64,000 bases of DNA from Entomortierella parvispora E1425 (Eukaryota; Fungi; Mortierellomycota): contig BQFW01000014.1 of NCBI GenBank assembly GCA_020891255.1, forward strand, positions 1,426,001-1,490,000, written 5' to 3'. Shown piece after piece: positions 48,170 to 61,400 of the stretch. Below the pieces are notes generated by a model. It searched no databases. It saw only the letters and a list, made by a program, of their open reading frames with translations, and had not been told where the DNA came from. How positions within the stretch are numbered: position 1 is the stretch's first letter; every line of letters starts with the position of its first letter. The position numbers were made by a program, and so were the translations under genes.

Positions 48170-48835
48170 ATGATGATTGTAACTGACGCCTCGCCTACAT
48201 ATGTCGTCTCACTTGTCATCCTAGGAGACTCTGGAGTCGGCAAGACTGCTCTGATGAAGCAATTCGTCTCTGGCGAGTTTTCACCCGAGGGTATCTCGAC
48301 TGTGGGCGTTGAATATGGAACACGCACCGTTTCCATCCACGAGAAGACTCTTCAACTCCGGATATCCGACACAGCAGGACAGGAACGGTTCAAGGCAATC
48401 TCTTTACAATACTACCGGAGGGCCGCTGGAGTTCTTTTGGTGTACGATGTCACACGCCGAGCGGGCTTTGAGGGCTTGGATGCTTGGGTGGACAAGATCC
48501 GAGATGCGGCTTGTGCCAATGTCACGATCATGGCGGTCGGCAACAAGAAGGATCTGGAGGGTCAGCGAGTGGTGTCATACGATGAAGGAAAGGCCTTTGC
48601 GGATCGAAAGGATATCCTGTTCCTTGAGACTTCGGCCTCGGATGCCTTCAGTGCCGAAGACGCCTTTATGAATCTCACAATCGCGATTTGTGACAAGATC
48701 GATCGCCAACTACTCAGGAATGAGTCTCATGGAATCACGGTCCTAAAGTCTGCTGCGAAAACCAGGGCGGATAGCATCCATGATCTTCGTGTCAAAGATA
48801 TTTTCCAAAAGAAAAGAGAAGGCCCTTGTTGTTAA
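48170..48835 (+). CDS. Intronless, divergent Rab-family GTPase
   Basis: GDSGVGKT, STVGVEY, DTAGQERF, GNKKD, ETSA and a C-terminal CC prenylation motif. Confidence 0.9.
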   Translation: MMIVTDASPTYVVSLVILGDSGVGKTALMKQFVSGEFSPEGISTVGVEYGTRTVSIHEKTLQLRISDTAGQERFKAISLQYYRRAAGVLLVYDVTRRAGFEGLDAWVDKIRDAACANVTIMAVGNKKDLEGQRVVSYDEGKAFADRKDILFLETSASDAFSAEDAFMNLTIAICDKIDRQLLRNESHGITVLKSAAKTRADSIHDLRVKDIFQKKREGPCC

Positions 48836-50225
48836 AACCCGTCTAGCCTTCTTTCCCTTTCCCTCCTCCCCTTTCCTTCACACACACATCGACTGTTCAA
48901 AATAGAAATTCGCGTTATACAGGCGTTTGATGATGTTTGCAGGGTTAAACGACACCAGGATTTTTTTTATTTGCTCAGACCCTAGCAAGGCTGAGCAGTT
49001 TACATACTTGTCATGAACTTGTTTGGCTCTGAGGAAGGTGGTGTATTGCAGACGACGCGTTTTCACTATCGGGGCTATAGAGGCCAGATTCATCGGAATC
49101 AAGGGTCGAAAGGATTTCCAGAGAGAAGGGAAAAGGTTTAATTGGTTGTCAGCAGGCTGAACCGGGACAAAAGAGGGCAAACGTAAAATCTGTTCGGAGA
49201 GTCGTGTGGAGAAGAACTTTATGATGGAGGAGAGCAAACAGAGACCAAGAAGGTCACGCAGTGTTTTGGGTGGTAAGACGGTAAAGAAAAGAACACAACA
49301 AAAAAATGGAACAGAGGACCAATGTAAACGAACAAAGGTTACAGGAAGGGTGAAGGAGAATCTATTCCCCCTTTGACTGTCCTTTCATTCATTTGTTGTT
49401 GTGTTCATCTCATTCTGTGCAACCCTTGTACCAAACACAATTCGTTTCAACTAACGCGTGCGTCTTCATGTTCACTTGGACAGGTATCGACTCAAATAGA
49501 CAAGGGACACAAGCAATGTAGTCAGCCAGGGCCGTTAAATGAAATAGAGAGAGAAGGGGCAAAGGCCACGGTACTTAACATTGCCTGGTACCCTCTTTAG
49601 ATTCGAGCGGGCCTGCCCAGACCCGACTGCAACAAAGTCGCCCATGTCCGCCCTTCGTGGGCAGCGCCGCGCTGTTCCTTACAGTCGCTCCAATGGATCA
49701 GAGGCAGAGAGCATATACTGACCTCAAAGTCAGAGTTCAGCCAAGGTTCTTTTGCTCCGACCTTCTGAGCAAAGAAACTCTCTTCTTGTGGCTCTTGCTC
49801 TCATTATTCTTGTGTCCTGGTTGCATGCGCACGGGAGTAAGGGGAGGGGGATGGACAAGTCCACGGCAAGTCCGTCCTCCGTCCGTGTATGGGCGCGTTT
49901 CCTCCGCGATCGCCTGTTTGGGGTTGACCTCATGTTTGTGAGTGTATTGTTCTCCGTTTGTAAGAAAAGTACCTGTATGGACGTATATTGTTGTATTGCG
50001 TTCCCCTTCTCTCTGACCCCATGGGTGGTGCCTGGGGCTTTATCGCATTGGTTCCCTTCGCTCCCTCTTCTCTACCTCTTTCTTTCTCCAATTCTTCTTT
50101 TTTTTGTTCCGCCCCACCTTCGGTCTCCTTCTCCACTTCCTGACGACCATCACTCGAACTCCCTACCCTGATAGCTCAATCCTACTTTTCTTGTCGTTGC
50201 CTTCACTCGATCAGATAGATTAACA

Positions 50226-52683
50226 ATGCATCGAGAGGTTCTCTCGCCACGCCGATCAAGAGGGAAAAGAGCACTCCTTCTGGTTTGCCTTGTGCTTCTC
50301 TCAACTCAAACACTCACATCATGGATCCCCAGCGTTTCTGCAGTCGTTCCAACGAAAACGACGGCCGAAGCCCATCCAACAGGCGCTGCTGCCACCACCA
50401 CTACCGTCGCCAGTGCTTTAGCCACCTCAACAAACCAGCCTACCTTTATCCTGCCAATACCAAGTCCAACAGCCACAGTTGGAAATTCGACGGCGGCTGC
50501 ATCCTGCCCCCCACCACTTGTACCCAATATTTATAAGCTGGTCTCGGCCTCCTGCATGGGGGCTTGCTGTCTGCCTTGCCCTGCCTCGGCCGTATTTTAT
50601 GAGCCCAACAAACTGGAGAATGTGTATACTATCACCAGTGCCTTTCGCGCTGTCTCAGCCACAGCCTGCGCCCTCTTGGCCGGTGCATACCTTCTCTTGC
50701 CCAACCGCCGTCGACACCCACATTTGATTGTCTTGCTGTTTGCGTTGTTGATGGTCCCTTGGGAAGGATTGGGTACAGCCTGGCTATACAAGAAGGAAGA
50801 TTTGTTGTGCAAAAACGTGTACGAGATTGCAGACATGTCCAACTCGTGGTTCTGTGGAGTTCAAGGTAAGGATTACAAGACCCTCGAGATTATTTCAGGT
50901 CCAACATACGGTCCTTGTGTGAGGCCAACTCATTAACATCCATTTTTTTTTCTTTGCTCTACGTAAAATAGGCATCGGATTGCAGTACATTGTATTGGTG
51001 ATGCTCTGTCTGGCGTTTTTCTTGATCTCCAACCTCCACTTCCTGACCGTGTACAGATCCACATTTATCCAAACACACATGAGCAAGCTGATGGTTTTTT
51101 CGTTTCTCTTGCCCTTGTCTCTGGTCATCCCCGTGGCGATCCGGAAAAAGATTGAGAACCCGGGATTCGGGTCCATCTGCTTTGTCAGCTCCGATGCTGC
51201 CTCGGCCTATTTCTTCTATCCACTCTCGGCCGTGGTCTGCTTGGCCACCCTATTGCATCTGGGAACGATCGCGTTCATGATCTGGGCTAGTCTTAAGGCT
51301 AACAATAGCAGCACCACGAACCATTCTCTCTCCACCGTCAGTGATTCCAATAGTCAGCAACCGACGAGACGCCGACTCCAGACAGCACGCGACATCTCAC
51401 AGCTGTTGAAACAACAGTGGCGACCGGGTCTCTTTGCGTTGTGTCTGCTCATCATTGACATGATTTACTGGCTTTTCTACTTTGTGGAGGCCAAGAAGCT
51501 GACCACTGTGCAACCAACGACCCCCTGGTTCGTGAACTGGACTACCTGTCTGGCTCAGCAGGCCATGCTCTCGATGAAATCTGGTGCCTTGACCTTGAAT
51601 CCAACTCCGGCTCAGTTCAAGGCTGCTGGAGACGCTGCCCAGGCCGCTTGTGCTCCTGTGGCGGTGAAGAATGTCCCGAACTTTGTTTGGGCCGCAGCAT
51701 CGGATATGTTGCCAGCCTTGTTCGGCATCATTATATTGATCATCTTTGGATCCAAAATGGAGCTCTGGCAGGATTTGAGGACAAGGCTCTTTGGAAGTCG
51801 AGGAGGCAGAGTCGAAATCGGGGGACAGAGCACAAAGGGCGGCGCCAAGATCATGATGAAGGATGTCAATCACAACAGCAACAACAACAGTGGACAACAG
51901 CAGTATCCACAAAAGGTCCCGGACAGACCCCATATGGACTTTAAGCCGTATGATCAAGGAGTGGGCTTTTATGACGAAGATCTCTTGCAGAACGAAAACC
52001 CTTACAGCAGCCAGACCAATCTGGCGGTTACATCGGGGGGGCCAGCTTTTGGTGGAGCAGATGCAAAGATGAACAGCTACAACAAAAACAGCTCGCATCA
52101 AGGCGGATACCGTTTGGATACGCCAGAGCCCTGGAAACCCACTGTCTGGTCCTCGACGGGGGCGGATCAGCAAGATGACCTTTACAGCGCCACGTTCAAG
52201 ACTGCTTCCCCACAATTGAGGATCAACACCCAGGACTATCGTCCATACCAACAGACCACCATAGCAAGGGCGCTGTCTCCCGTCTCGCCATCGCAATCCA
52301 AGCAGTTCTATAATTCTGAGGACATTGACGCCGCGCCCATCAGTCTGACCACTCCACCGCCTACCTACAATAACCTTCATCCTCGCAAGACTGGACAGTC
52401 ATCAAGGTCGCCTTCATCACCCTCGTCTTCACGCGCATTTGCCGACGGCCATGGGCCCGTTTCCCCTCAAAGAAACGCGGCCGTTAACATTGGCGAAGGC
52501 CAAGCGATTGTGGCAGAGGCTAGTCGCGTCCGACTGGATTACCGTATCAGCTCGGATGCGCGTCAGTTCATGGCCTCTACTCAACTTCGCCAACAACCCT
52601 TGTTTGACCCCATGGATTCAACTCATCGTGCCATGTCTCCACCACCAGCACTCCCCAGGAAAAGCATGGCGCGGCAGAAGTAG
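50226..52683 (+). CDS. Seven-TM receptor-like protein (Frizzled/Smoothened-like or cAMP-receptor-like TM region)
   Basis: Hydrophobic leader, Ser/Thr stalk, Cys hinge CMGACCLPCP, about seven hydrophobic helices with extracellular Cys (LLC..WFC; GSICFV), and a long disordered tail. Intron at about 50867-50971. Confidence 0.7.
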
Positions 52684-52859
52684 AACTTCGTTATAAAATA
52701 TGCCTGTATCATTCATCGTTTCAGAAAGGTGTGTTCAGTTGTTTATTGAATGGGGATACGCTGTCAGAAAAAAAAAAAAAAAGAAAAAAAAATTCAAATT
52801 GAGGGCAGAAAGAAAGAGAAAGTACAACAAATATAACGAAAACAAATCCCCCCTGACGT

Positions 52860-54802
52860 CTATGATCGCTTGACCTGCTTGATCTTGGCCATGTGGGACT
52901 TCAACTTCTTGTACTTATCAGACTATAAAACAGACATCAAATATAAGAAAGGGGGGTCAGTGCCATTTTCATTAATGAAGCCGTTGAAAAAAAAAATGGT
53001 CTTCAAAAAGAAAAAAAAAGCCCCTCCCCCTCATTGCACAACATCATTACCTTTCCACCACGCGACTTGTCATATTGGATCGATGATTCTGGCATGAGGG
53101 CATAGGCTCCACGATCAATCTGTGGTACACGAACTCCCAAGGTCTTGGGTGCAGCAGCACTAAAATTGGAGGAAATTTAAAGGAAAGGAATTAGAACGCC
53201 GAGATTGATTGTACCTCTCCTTGCCATAATAGTCAGTCGCTGAATTAATCTTACTCGGCAGCACTAGAGGATGATGATGATACATCCTGACGACGACGAG
53301 TATTACCAGAGGAAACATCTCCCTCTGCGTAGTTGATCTTCTTGTCCCTGTAATCCTGACTGAGTTTGACAATGGGTCGACTCCACTTGTCAACCAAAGC
53401 GTGCGCCTGACGCTTAATCGCAGGGGTCACTCGTGACTCATCCACCTTGGTGTAAAAGTATACAACACGGCCGATCTTGCTGTTGACAAGATGGTCCGTT
53501 TGAATGGGGAGCTAATTTGGTGGATATTAATTCATTATTAGCATAGACTCCTTTTCGTCTAACCCAGTTGGAATATATGCAAACGCCTAGAATTGACATA
53601 CCACATCCAGAATGGTCAAAAAGTCCTGAATAATATCCAAACTTGGCAATGAGAATGAAGAATCCTGCAAAGGTTCCAGCCACAAGGTCATGGCCTCCAA
53701 GATTCCATTGTCCAAAAAGGTGTTGTGTAAATGGGACCTAAAATGGGGGAATGGTGTGAGCGGTTAGCAGACGCTCCCTCGTCAACATTCAGTAGGTAGT
53801 GATGATATTGAGAAATCACAGCTCGGGTCATACTTGTTCAACTGAGTCTTTACACTCTCCAGCATCCTAACTTTGGCCAAGGCCGCTTGGCGGTTCACTT
53901 TATGATCAAGATCGTTGAAAGCGGCCTCACGCATCTTGGCAACAAATCGTGCTGCACTCTCATCCAGCTCTGTGTCCTGAGAAAGCGATAAAAAATTCCT
54001 ATCATGTTAACAAAAAGTCCGCGATCCATCGACAATTAGCATCCATGTCCAGACTCTTACGATATCTTCCTCGTCCTTTCTTCTTCTCCTGGAAGTAGAC
54101 TTTCCACTCTTCAAAGCGAGATCGAAGTCCTTCTCCAATTGGAGAAGAGCCTGTTGGCGAGGGTCTAGTGGTCCCTCTTCACCTTCGACTGGCTGAGAAG
54201 GGCTAGACGGCTTGGCCTTCTTGGAGGACCTGGGAGTGTTAGTTGAACAAATGAAGTAGAAAGAAAGAGATGAGTCCTGCGTTCCTAGAAGCGCCTACTC
54301 CTTCAAGAATGAAAGAAAAAAGTCCCTGGTTGAGCTGAAAGCATTACTTTTTCTTTTTGATCACTGGTGCTGGTGAGCCATCGGTGGTTCTCTTCCTGAA
54401 GCTTGGAAGCTGGGGCTCATCTTCTTCGTCATCCTCTGCATCCTCGGCATCACCAGAAGCCTCTGCTTTCTCAGCGGATGCTTCTCCTTCGTACGAATCG
54501 TCCTTGTCCTTGCCCGAGCGATCTATCATCATAAATGGGGTCAGTTTGACTCCTTGCAACGAGCACAGTTACGAGCGGCTTTTCGACGAAAACCTGAGAG
54601 CAGTCGTATACCTTCGTAATCGCGATCTTCGCCTTGGACCTGGTCATCCTCATCGTCGTCGTCTCCAAAGATGTCACGCTCGATGTGTTTCTACAAAAGA
54701 GTCATTTGTATCCGAGGAGAGTTAGCCATGATCTCTTTCCACAATGGAGAATTCCTTTCTGTTTGCAAGCGAGTCTATGAATGATGGTCCTACTTGCGAC
54801 AT
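52860..54802 (-). CDS. IWS1: Transcription elongation factor Iws1/Spn1, multi-exon
   Basis: ERDIFGDD N-terminus; FLDNGILEAMTLWLEPL..SLPSLDI, SKIGRVVYFY, LVDKWSRPI (TFIIS-N/IWS1 domain). Confidence 0.9.
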
Positions 54803-55053
54803 GTGGAGAAGTTTTTGTTGGTAGTCTGAAATTTGTCTTTGTTGGCGATGTTGTTTATCCCGGTGCTCCTGATTCCTGAAAAATGACTGGCTGACGAGAA
54901 GAACGAACAATTAAATGAGCAAAGAGCGAGAGGAATTGAAGGGAGTCTTTTGTTCCATTGATGATCAGATGTTTCGCGTTGTGGCTTTTTTTTGGTTCAA
55001 ATTTTTTTGATTTAAATTTAAAAATTATTCGAATTTTCTTTGGTTATAATTAT

Positions 55054-56907
55054 TCATGGCTCTGCCTTCCAGTTGGCCCACTCGTTTAGCGTCTCATCCG
55101 TTACATAATCATATCGCCAGATAAATGAGTCTTCGCCTGCACAGATGACTGTCCTTGAGTCTCTTGAAAAGATGCATGTCCGGATGGCCTTGGTCGATCG
55201 ACGATGCTTCAACTCTGTCACAGCTTTACCGGTTTCAATATTGTAAATGTACACTGATCCATTGCTCGTACCAACACAGAAGAACAACTCGTCCATGCTA
55301 AAGAAGTGTAGAGCGGGGAAAGAGCGTTAGCATGCTTTACCATAGGCATCCGGGCGAATTGCCGGAGAAAGAATCCTAAAAATTACTCATACCTGACATC
55401 AAATCGACACTGGTTGCTGGCAGTGTTCTTGATGTTGAATGTTCGGATAGTAGTCAAAGTATCCGGGTCCCAACACTCCACTTTGCCGTTCACGGATTTT
55501 GAAAGGACCTTGTCCTTGGCGAATCGGATACAATCTACAGGAAACATGAATGTTAGGAGTGCAATCACAGCAATTCGCGTTTGTGTGCTCCTGACGTTGA
55601 TTTACCTATCCTAGCAGCATGCAAATTTGACTGCAAAACACGACTGTCGCTTGTATTGACTACCACAGGCTCCACTGGTTCCGCTTCTGTTGTAGGAATA
55701 GTCCACTCCCTGATCTCGCCATTGTATCCACCGGTCAAGAATGTGCGTCCCTCAGTCCTGGGATTGAAACACTACAATAAAGACATTCGCGAATGGATCT
55801 TAACAACCTGGGTCGCATCTTCATAGTTCAGATGATGATTAAGAAGCCTGACAGCCTTTACGTACCACAACAGATGCCTTGATCTCGAAAATGAACAAGC
55901 ACTTTCCTGTGACAATGTTCCACATGCGAACGCTTCCGTCCTTGGATGCTGACAACAGATAATTATCCTCATTGGGATGTGCCTGAATATCGGTAATTGT
56001 GTCTACAAAATGATGACAGGGATCAGCTTACATATACAATGCTACGTCGACAACTAAACAAAGTGCCAAAACGTACGATTATGTCCTGTCAAGCGGATGA
56101 GCTCTTTTGATCTGGCCAAACTGAGAATATGGATAATCTTGTCGGTTCCCGCAGTAGCCAGAATGGCATCCTGTGGCTGATGCATCCAGCAACACGTCAA
56201 CATTTCCTATGTCAGCAAACACAGACACTGTGAGTACACTATCAAAGGGTGGCTGTTCGTGGCAATTACGATGCTTACTGGGAGTTCCTCTGCTCCACTC
56301 TCGCCAACAGGATCAAGCAAGAAATGCGACATGATATCTAGATGGTCGCCGCAGTGCTCGTTGTCGTAAATATTGGCCTATTATTTGATAACAATTGTTT
56401 TGATTCATACAGTCAGTCTTCGAGTTGCACTGGTTCCATCTCATTTCCTTGTCCATGGACGCAGTGTATTACCTGAGGTCCTCCTGTAGTTCCAAGAATG
56501 TTGCTGTTATCCATTGCATCTCTTTTGACCGCACCTCTCTTCTCGAAGGCCTTGACGTGCTCCAATCCGAAGGAAGTCTTGTTGTGCCTTTGATTCAAGC
56601 AAAAGGCCATTTGATTGATTTCACTTCCGTGATTTTCCTTGACAATACGGCAAAGTCTCTGGTTTTTGAAGATCGCCTCCAGTTGTTCAACTTCACTGAC
56701 AGCAGGGGCTGAGACGCTGGTGGATTCAGCTGGCGATCCATTCGTGATTGTCTCATCCTCCATGGGGTTGCTCAGGGACAATGGCGACTTTGGTTTTTTG
56801 CTTGGACCTGGCGAGGCCGATGACGAGGGGGTGAAGTAGTCTTCCTCAGAGGAAGGGGTGGCGACTTCTTCCCTTTCGCGTTTAAGAGGCGAGGTTGACA
56901 TTGGCAA
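55054..56907 (-). CDS. WD40 protein resembling Polycomb EED/ESC/FIE, multi-exon
   Basis: KENHG, LTCCW..ILATAG, GH..I..I.AHP..NYLLSASKDGSVRMWNI, IDCIRF..VLSKS, IRTCIFSRDS..DSFIWRYD follow the EED blade pattern as recalled. Confidence 0.62.
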
Positions 56908-57225
56908 CGATGGTGATGGCGGTGGCGATGATGAGGGAAGGAAGAAAGAAGGACGGCACGACTGAACAGACGCGCTTCGGCGTTGGGGTCAACAATCAAC
57001 GAAAACAACAGTCCGACTCTTGGATTGGACGCGCTTTTTTATTTTTTAGTGGCAAAAAGTGCAATTGACAGGGACCTGTTGCAGATCACGGATCGGTAAA
57101 GCCAAGTGTCTCCTTGGCCGTCGCTTTAGTTGGTCCCAGTCTCTGGGCTTATTCCTATGCCATGAATAGCCAAACAGAACGTATGCCTCTATTCTCTCCA
57201 ATTAGCAACACCGGACTCCATCTGG

Positions 57226-57899
57226 TCACTGATCCTCGTTGTCAGACCCCTCTGGTTTGTCTTTTTGATCCTCCTCGTCATCTTCTCCCTGAGCCTCCTC
57301 TTTGAGTTGCTTGCTCAGCTTGTTATTGCTGGCCCTCTGTTTCCTCCGTTGCCTCTTTGATCTGTTCTTTTCAGTTTTTTCGTCGTCTGCTGCCTTCATT
57401 GCCTCGATCTTTTCCTCATATTCCCGCTGTTCCTTTGCCTAAAATTAAAAAACAAGGGGAAGAGGAAGGGGAAAAAAGAAGAAAATGACGTCCATGAATT
57501 TAGAAGCAGCCCTTGCGTTGAGAGAGAGTCTCATAGATCTCCTGGTTTTCCATTTTTTTCCTCCATTTTTTTTTTTTCAGGCCTTACCTCCTTCGACTCC
57601 AGTTCCATGTTCTTCAGACGAGCATATTCTCTTCTACGTCCAGCACGGTAGACATGGAACTCCCCACTTCCAGCGCCTGCACTAGATCCCTGGACATTCT
57701 TTACATAGTCTTTGGGCTCTTTGGTCGTCTGCTTCTGACTGGGTCGCTCTGGAATGAGTACGGGCTTGTCGATCTTCTCCAACAACTTGTCCAGTTGCTT
57801 CTTTTGTAATTCCAAGGGGGTAAAGTGATGTTTCTTGGGTCCTGCTCCTGGTCCTGCAGAATCTTCATCATCGGACCGGCTGTGTTTGGCTGCAGACAT
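57226..57899 (-). CDS. PRKRIP1-family (DUF1168) spliceosome-associated protein
   Basis: NVQGSSAGAGSGEFHVYRAGRRREYARL signature, then one intron and a charged C-terminus. Confidence 0.92.
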
Positions 57900-58461
57900 T
57901 GTTTGATTTATGATGTGGTTGGTCTATAACGCTTTCGATGGGGAGGCGCGAGGTATTCTGTGGAAGGATGGAGGGCGCACAGCTCATGGGTGGGCAGCAC
58001 ACAAGGAAAAAAGCGTCCCTGTGATCACGTGATGAAATCCTGGATTTGTTCTTTGGCGTTTTATCTCGCGAGACGGACGTGTTTTGCGAGAAAAGGAGGC
58101 AACAAAAAGCTGGAGCTCAGGAGACCAAGGACGAGAGTCATCGGCTCAAGGGATAGCTTGCTCAAAGGAGAGGGGTGTAGAGGGGTGAGCAAGATCTCTG
58201 ACACCGACTACTGACGTCCTTGGCTTACAGTTCCAGGATCCCATTGAAAGGGGACAGACAGACACGATGGGCAAAGGTCACCTACTGCAAAGGAGAGCGA
58301 AGAAACATGTAGGAGAGGGGGGCTCAAACTATCCTAATCAGACAGATGGCTCTCGCTAAGAAACATTCACATCGTCCATTCAGACATCTCTTCATTCTTC
58401 CATTCATCTCCATCCCTTGCTGCACACTCCATTCCTCCTTCCCCCCACATTACGTGAAGCC

Positions 58462-61400
58462 ATGTTTCCCAGAAGCGAGCGCTTTGTGGAGAAGGTACAC
58501 TGGAGACGAGAAATTAAAAAGATGATCTGGTGGTACAGCAGACACCTGTAGTAATATTATAAAAAGCTGTGTCCTGACCGTTACTCCTCTTCCGTCGTGC
58601 CCTCCCAAAGATTGAGATCACTCCAGGACCCAATCATTACGATGTTAAACTGACCGACGATGACCCGTACAAACGGTTCGGGTTCTTGGGCAAAACAAAG
58701 CGATTTGGAGAGAGTCCCAAGAACCACTCCAACGACTCTGGCTCCCACCACTTGTCCTCACACCCCACTTCCACACATCACGGCTCAAGTCCCTATGAAA
58801 GAAGTTCCTTGGCAGTTTCTCTGCCCTCCTTAATCATTGACGACGATGCTTCCTCCGTTCACTCCAATGGATCCACTACACCCGATTATCCCTCTCGAAG
58901 ACCTACAGCCGTTGGACGTTCCAGAAGTTCTGACAAACTGGGAACAGCGACTGGTACTCACAAAGCAGAGGAACGACTAAAGAAGGAGGTAGGATTTCTT
59001 TTTTTTCATGTCCACTGGATTCTCAATCACACAACCATCTTTGATGTTGATCGTTTTTTTTTTTTTTTTTGTATCCCTCTGTCAGTTGGCGGATTTGACA
59101 GATAAGTTTGAAAAGTACCGACTCTCGCACCAACGGGACCTCGATGCCCTCAGTGAGAAGCAAAAGAAGAGCGAGGTCCAGTACCAAGGCGCCATCAAGG
59201 AAAAGAACTCGATCTTGACTCAACTGGCAGCAAAAGAGTCCGAGATAGGTACTGTTCCATGGGATATTTTTAAACGCGAGCCTTGCAGAAAGTCTTAAGG
59301 CTCAGCAATTGAGTTGCTCTTTAATAATGTTGCAGCCAGCAGAGCGAGTAGTAGCATGATCTATCTCTCTCCTCTTCATCTCTCTAACTCTCTCCCTCTC
59401 TCGCGCTCTTTTCTTTGCGTTGCTCAACGAACAAACACAATAGCTGAACTAGTTGCCAGACAAGCAAGGCTCAAAACCAGTGTAAGCAACAGGAGAAAAA
59501 AAAATTAGAGTTGATTCAAAGTTAATTGAGCCAACATGGAGCTCATTTGTTCGCCCCCGTGGGGAATGTTGGACGCTGCAAGGGCAATTGAGTCTCTATG
59601 CCTGCATCAAAGTGTCTAACCGTCTATTGGGAACTCTCCTCTTCTTTGGTCCATTTTGCAGCTTGATAAGTCTGAAAAGGTAGCCCTCTCCGTGGCTGAA
59701 AAGACGGGCAAGAGCACACAACAGCAGAAACGGATAGAAGAACTGGAAAAACTCTTGGCTCGTTCTCGTGCGTCGCTGGAAGAGCAAGAATCCATGTCCA
59801 AAAACCTACAACAGAAACTGGACCAAGAGCGACAAGAGGCACTTCTTCAGTCAAATCTCCAGAAAGAAACGTCAGAGCAAGAACTCGCCAGGGTCCAGGC
59901 CTTGCATCAAGCCGCCGAAGACCAGTACCGAAATGAGCTCAGAATTGCAAAAGAGGACTCGGATCATTGGAGAAGAAAGCTAGAGGCTTTAGAACAACGG
60001 ATCCGAGAACTGGAAGAGCAACTCGAGGCAGAAAGGCGATTGGTAGCAGAGCTTCAAGAAATGATGAAGAGAGAGCGGATACAGTTACAGGAAAAAATTG
60101 ACCTTGCCCATACCCAGCTTGCAGAGAGTCAACGGCAAAACGCAGAGATGACAGCCAAATCCCACTCAACTATCGGCCAGCTGGAGCGTGAAAAGGAAAC
60201 AATGTATCAGGACCTTCAATCATCCCTCTCGGCTTTCACGGCATTAGAATCGGTGCACAAAAAAACAGAGTGCGACTTTGCAGAACATAAAGTGCAGCAT
60301 GTTGACACGGTCGCTACCATGTCTCGGAAACATGAGGAGCAACAAGAGCTCTTGTCCAAGGAGAGACAGGAGAACATCAAGACACGATCCACCATGGAGC
60401 GGTCAATATCCCAACTGACTGATGAGTTGAGCCAAAGTCGAGACACGCTCCTCAAGGTCCAGCAGGATCGAGCAAGCTTAAAGGAGAATTACGATGCGAG
60501 CCAAACCGATCTTCGCACAATTGAGCAAAGGCTGGAAGACCTAAACCAGAAATATGAAAAATTGACCATGTCTGCTCAACAGGAGCGCGACTCGTCGGAA
60601 GCAAAGTATTCTGCCCTATTGTCTGCATCTTCTCTGGAACAAAAGCAGGCATCAGAAGTAGCTGCAGACCTCCGAGGCTTGCTGGACAAGAAGGAGGAAG
60701 AGTTGGCGAGGGTCATGCAAACCATCAGCACAGTCCAGGCAGAGCTCCATGCCGTAGAATCCGAGCGCGAAGAAGTTATCGCACTGCGACAGCAGGAAAG
60801 TAAAGAATCAGAGGAGTCTTTGAAAAGGATAAAAGAGATGGAGGAACAAAAGGTGGAGCAGGACCGCCTACAGCACAGGCTTGAACAAGAAATCTCAGAA
60901 GTCCGCACTGTGTGTCAAAGACTTCAAGACGAAGCCATGCAGCAGGATGAGTCTATCATCGCACTCAAGTCTGAGGTGGAACAGGAAAGAACAGACAAGC
61001 TGCAACGCGAGGCTGAGGCGCAAAAACGGATTCGGGAGCTGGAAGAGATTTACCTCGTGGCAACCAGGCAGGCGGAAACCTTTCACGACAACGAGAAGGT
61101 ATGGGAGTCGGAAAGAACCAATCTTTTGGAGAGTTCGTCGTCTCAAAGGAATTTGATCCAAAGTCTTCAGTCGCAACTGGAAACCCAAGCGACTGAACGG
61201 GAACAAGAGTCAGAGGTCAACAAGAATCGTGTTCAAGAACTGGAGGATCGATGCACGGCTATGGAGAAAGCTTTCCTGGAGATGTATGAGAAGGTTGGAT
61301 CTCCAGAGGTCGAAGCGAATTCCTCTGAAGACGACTGGCACAAGCATTCCAGGGCTGTGGTTCAAGTAATTGATGAAAGATCACTGCTCACCAAGGATGA

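Noticed and set aside
48878-50171. ORFs between the Rab and receptor genes
   Set aside because: No domain or coding-like composition; consistent with UTRs and promoter.
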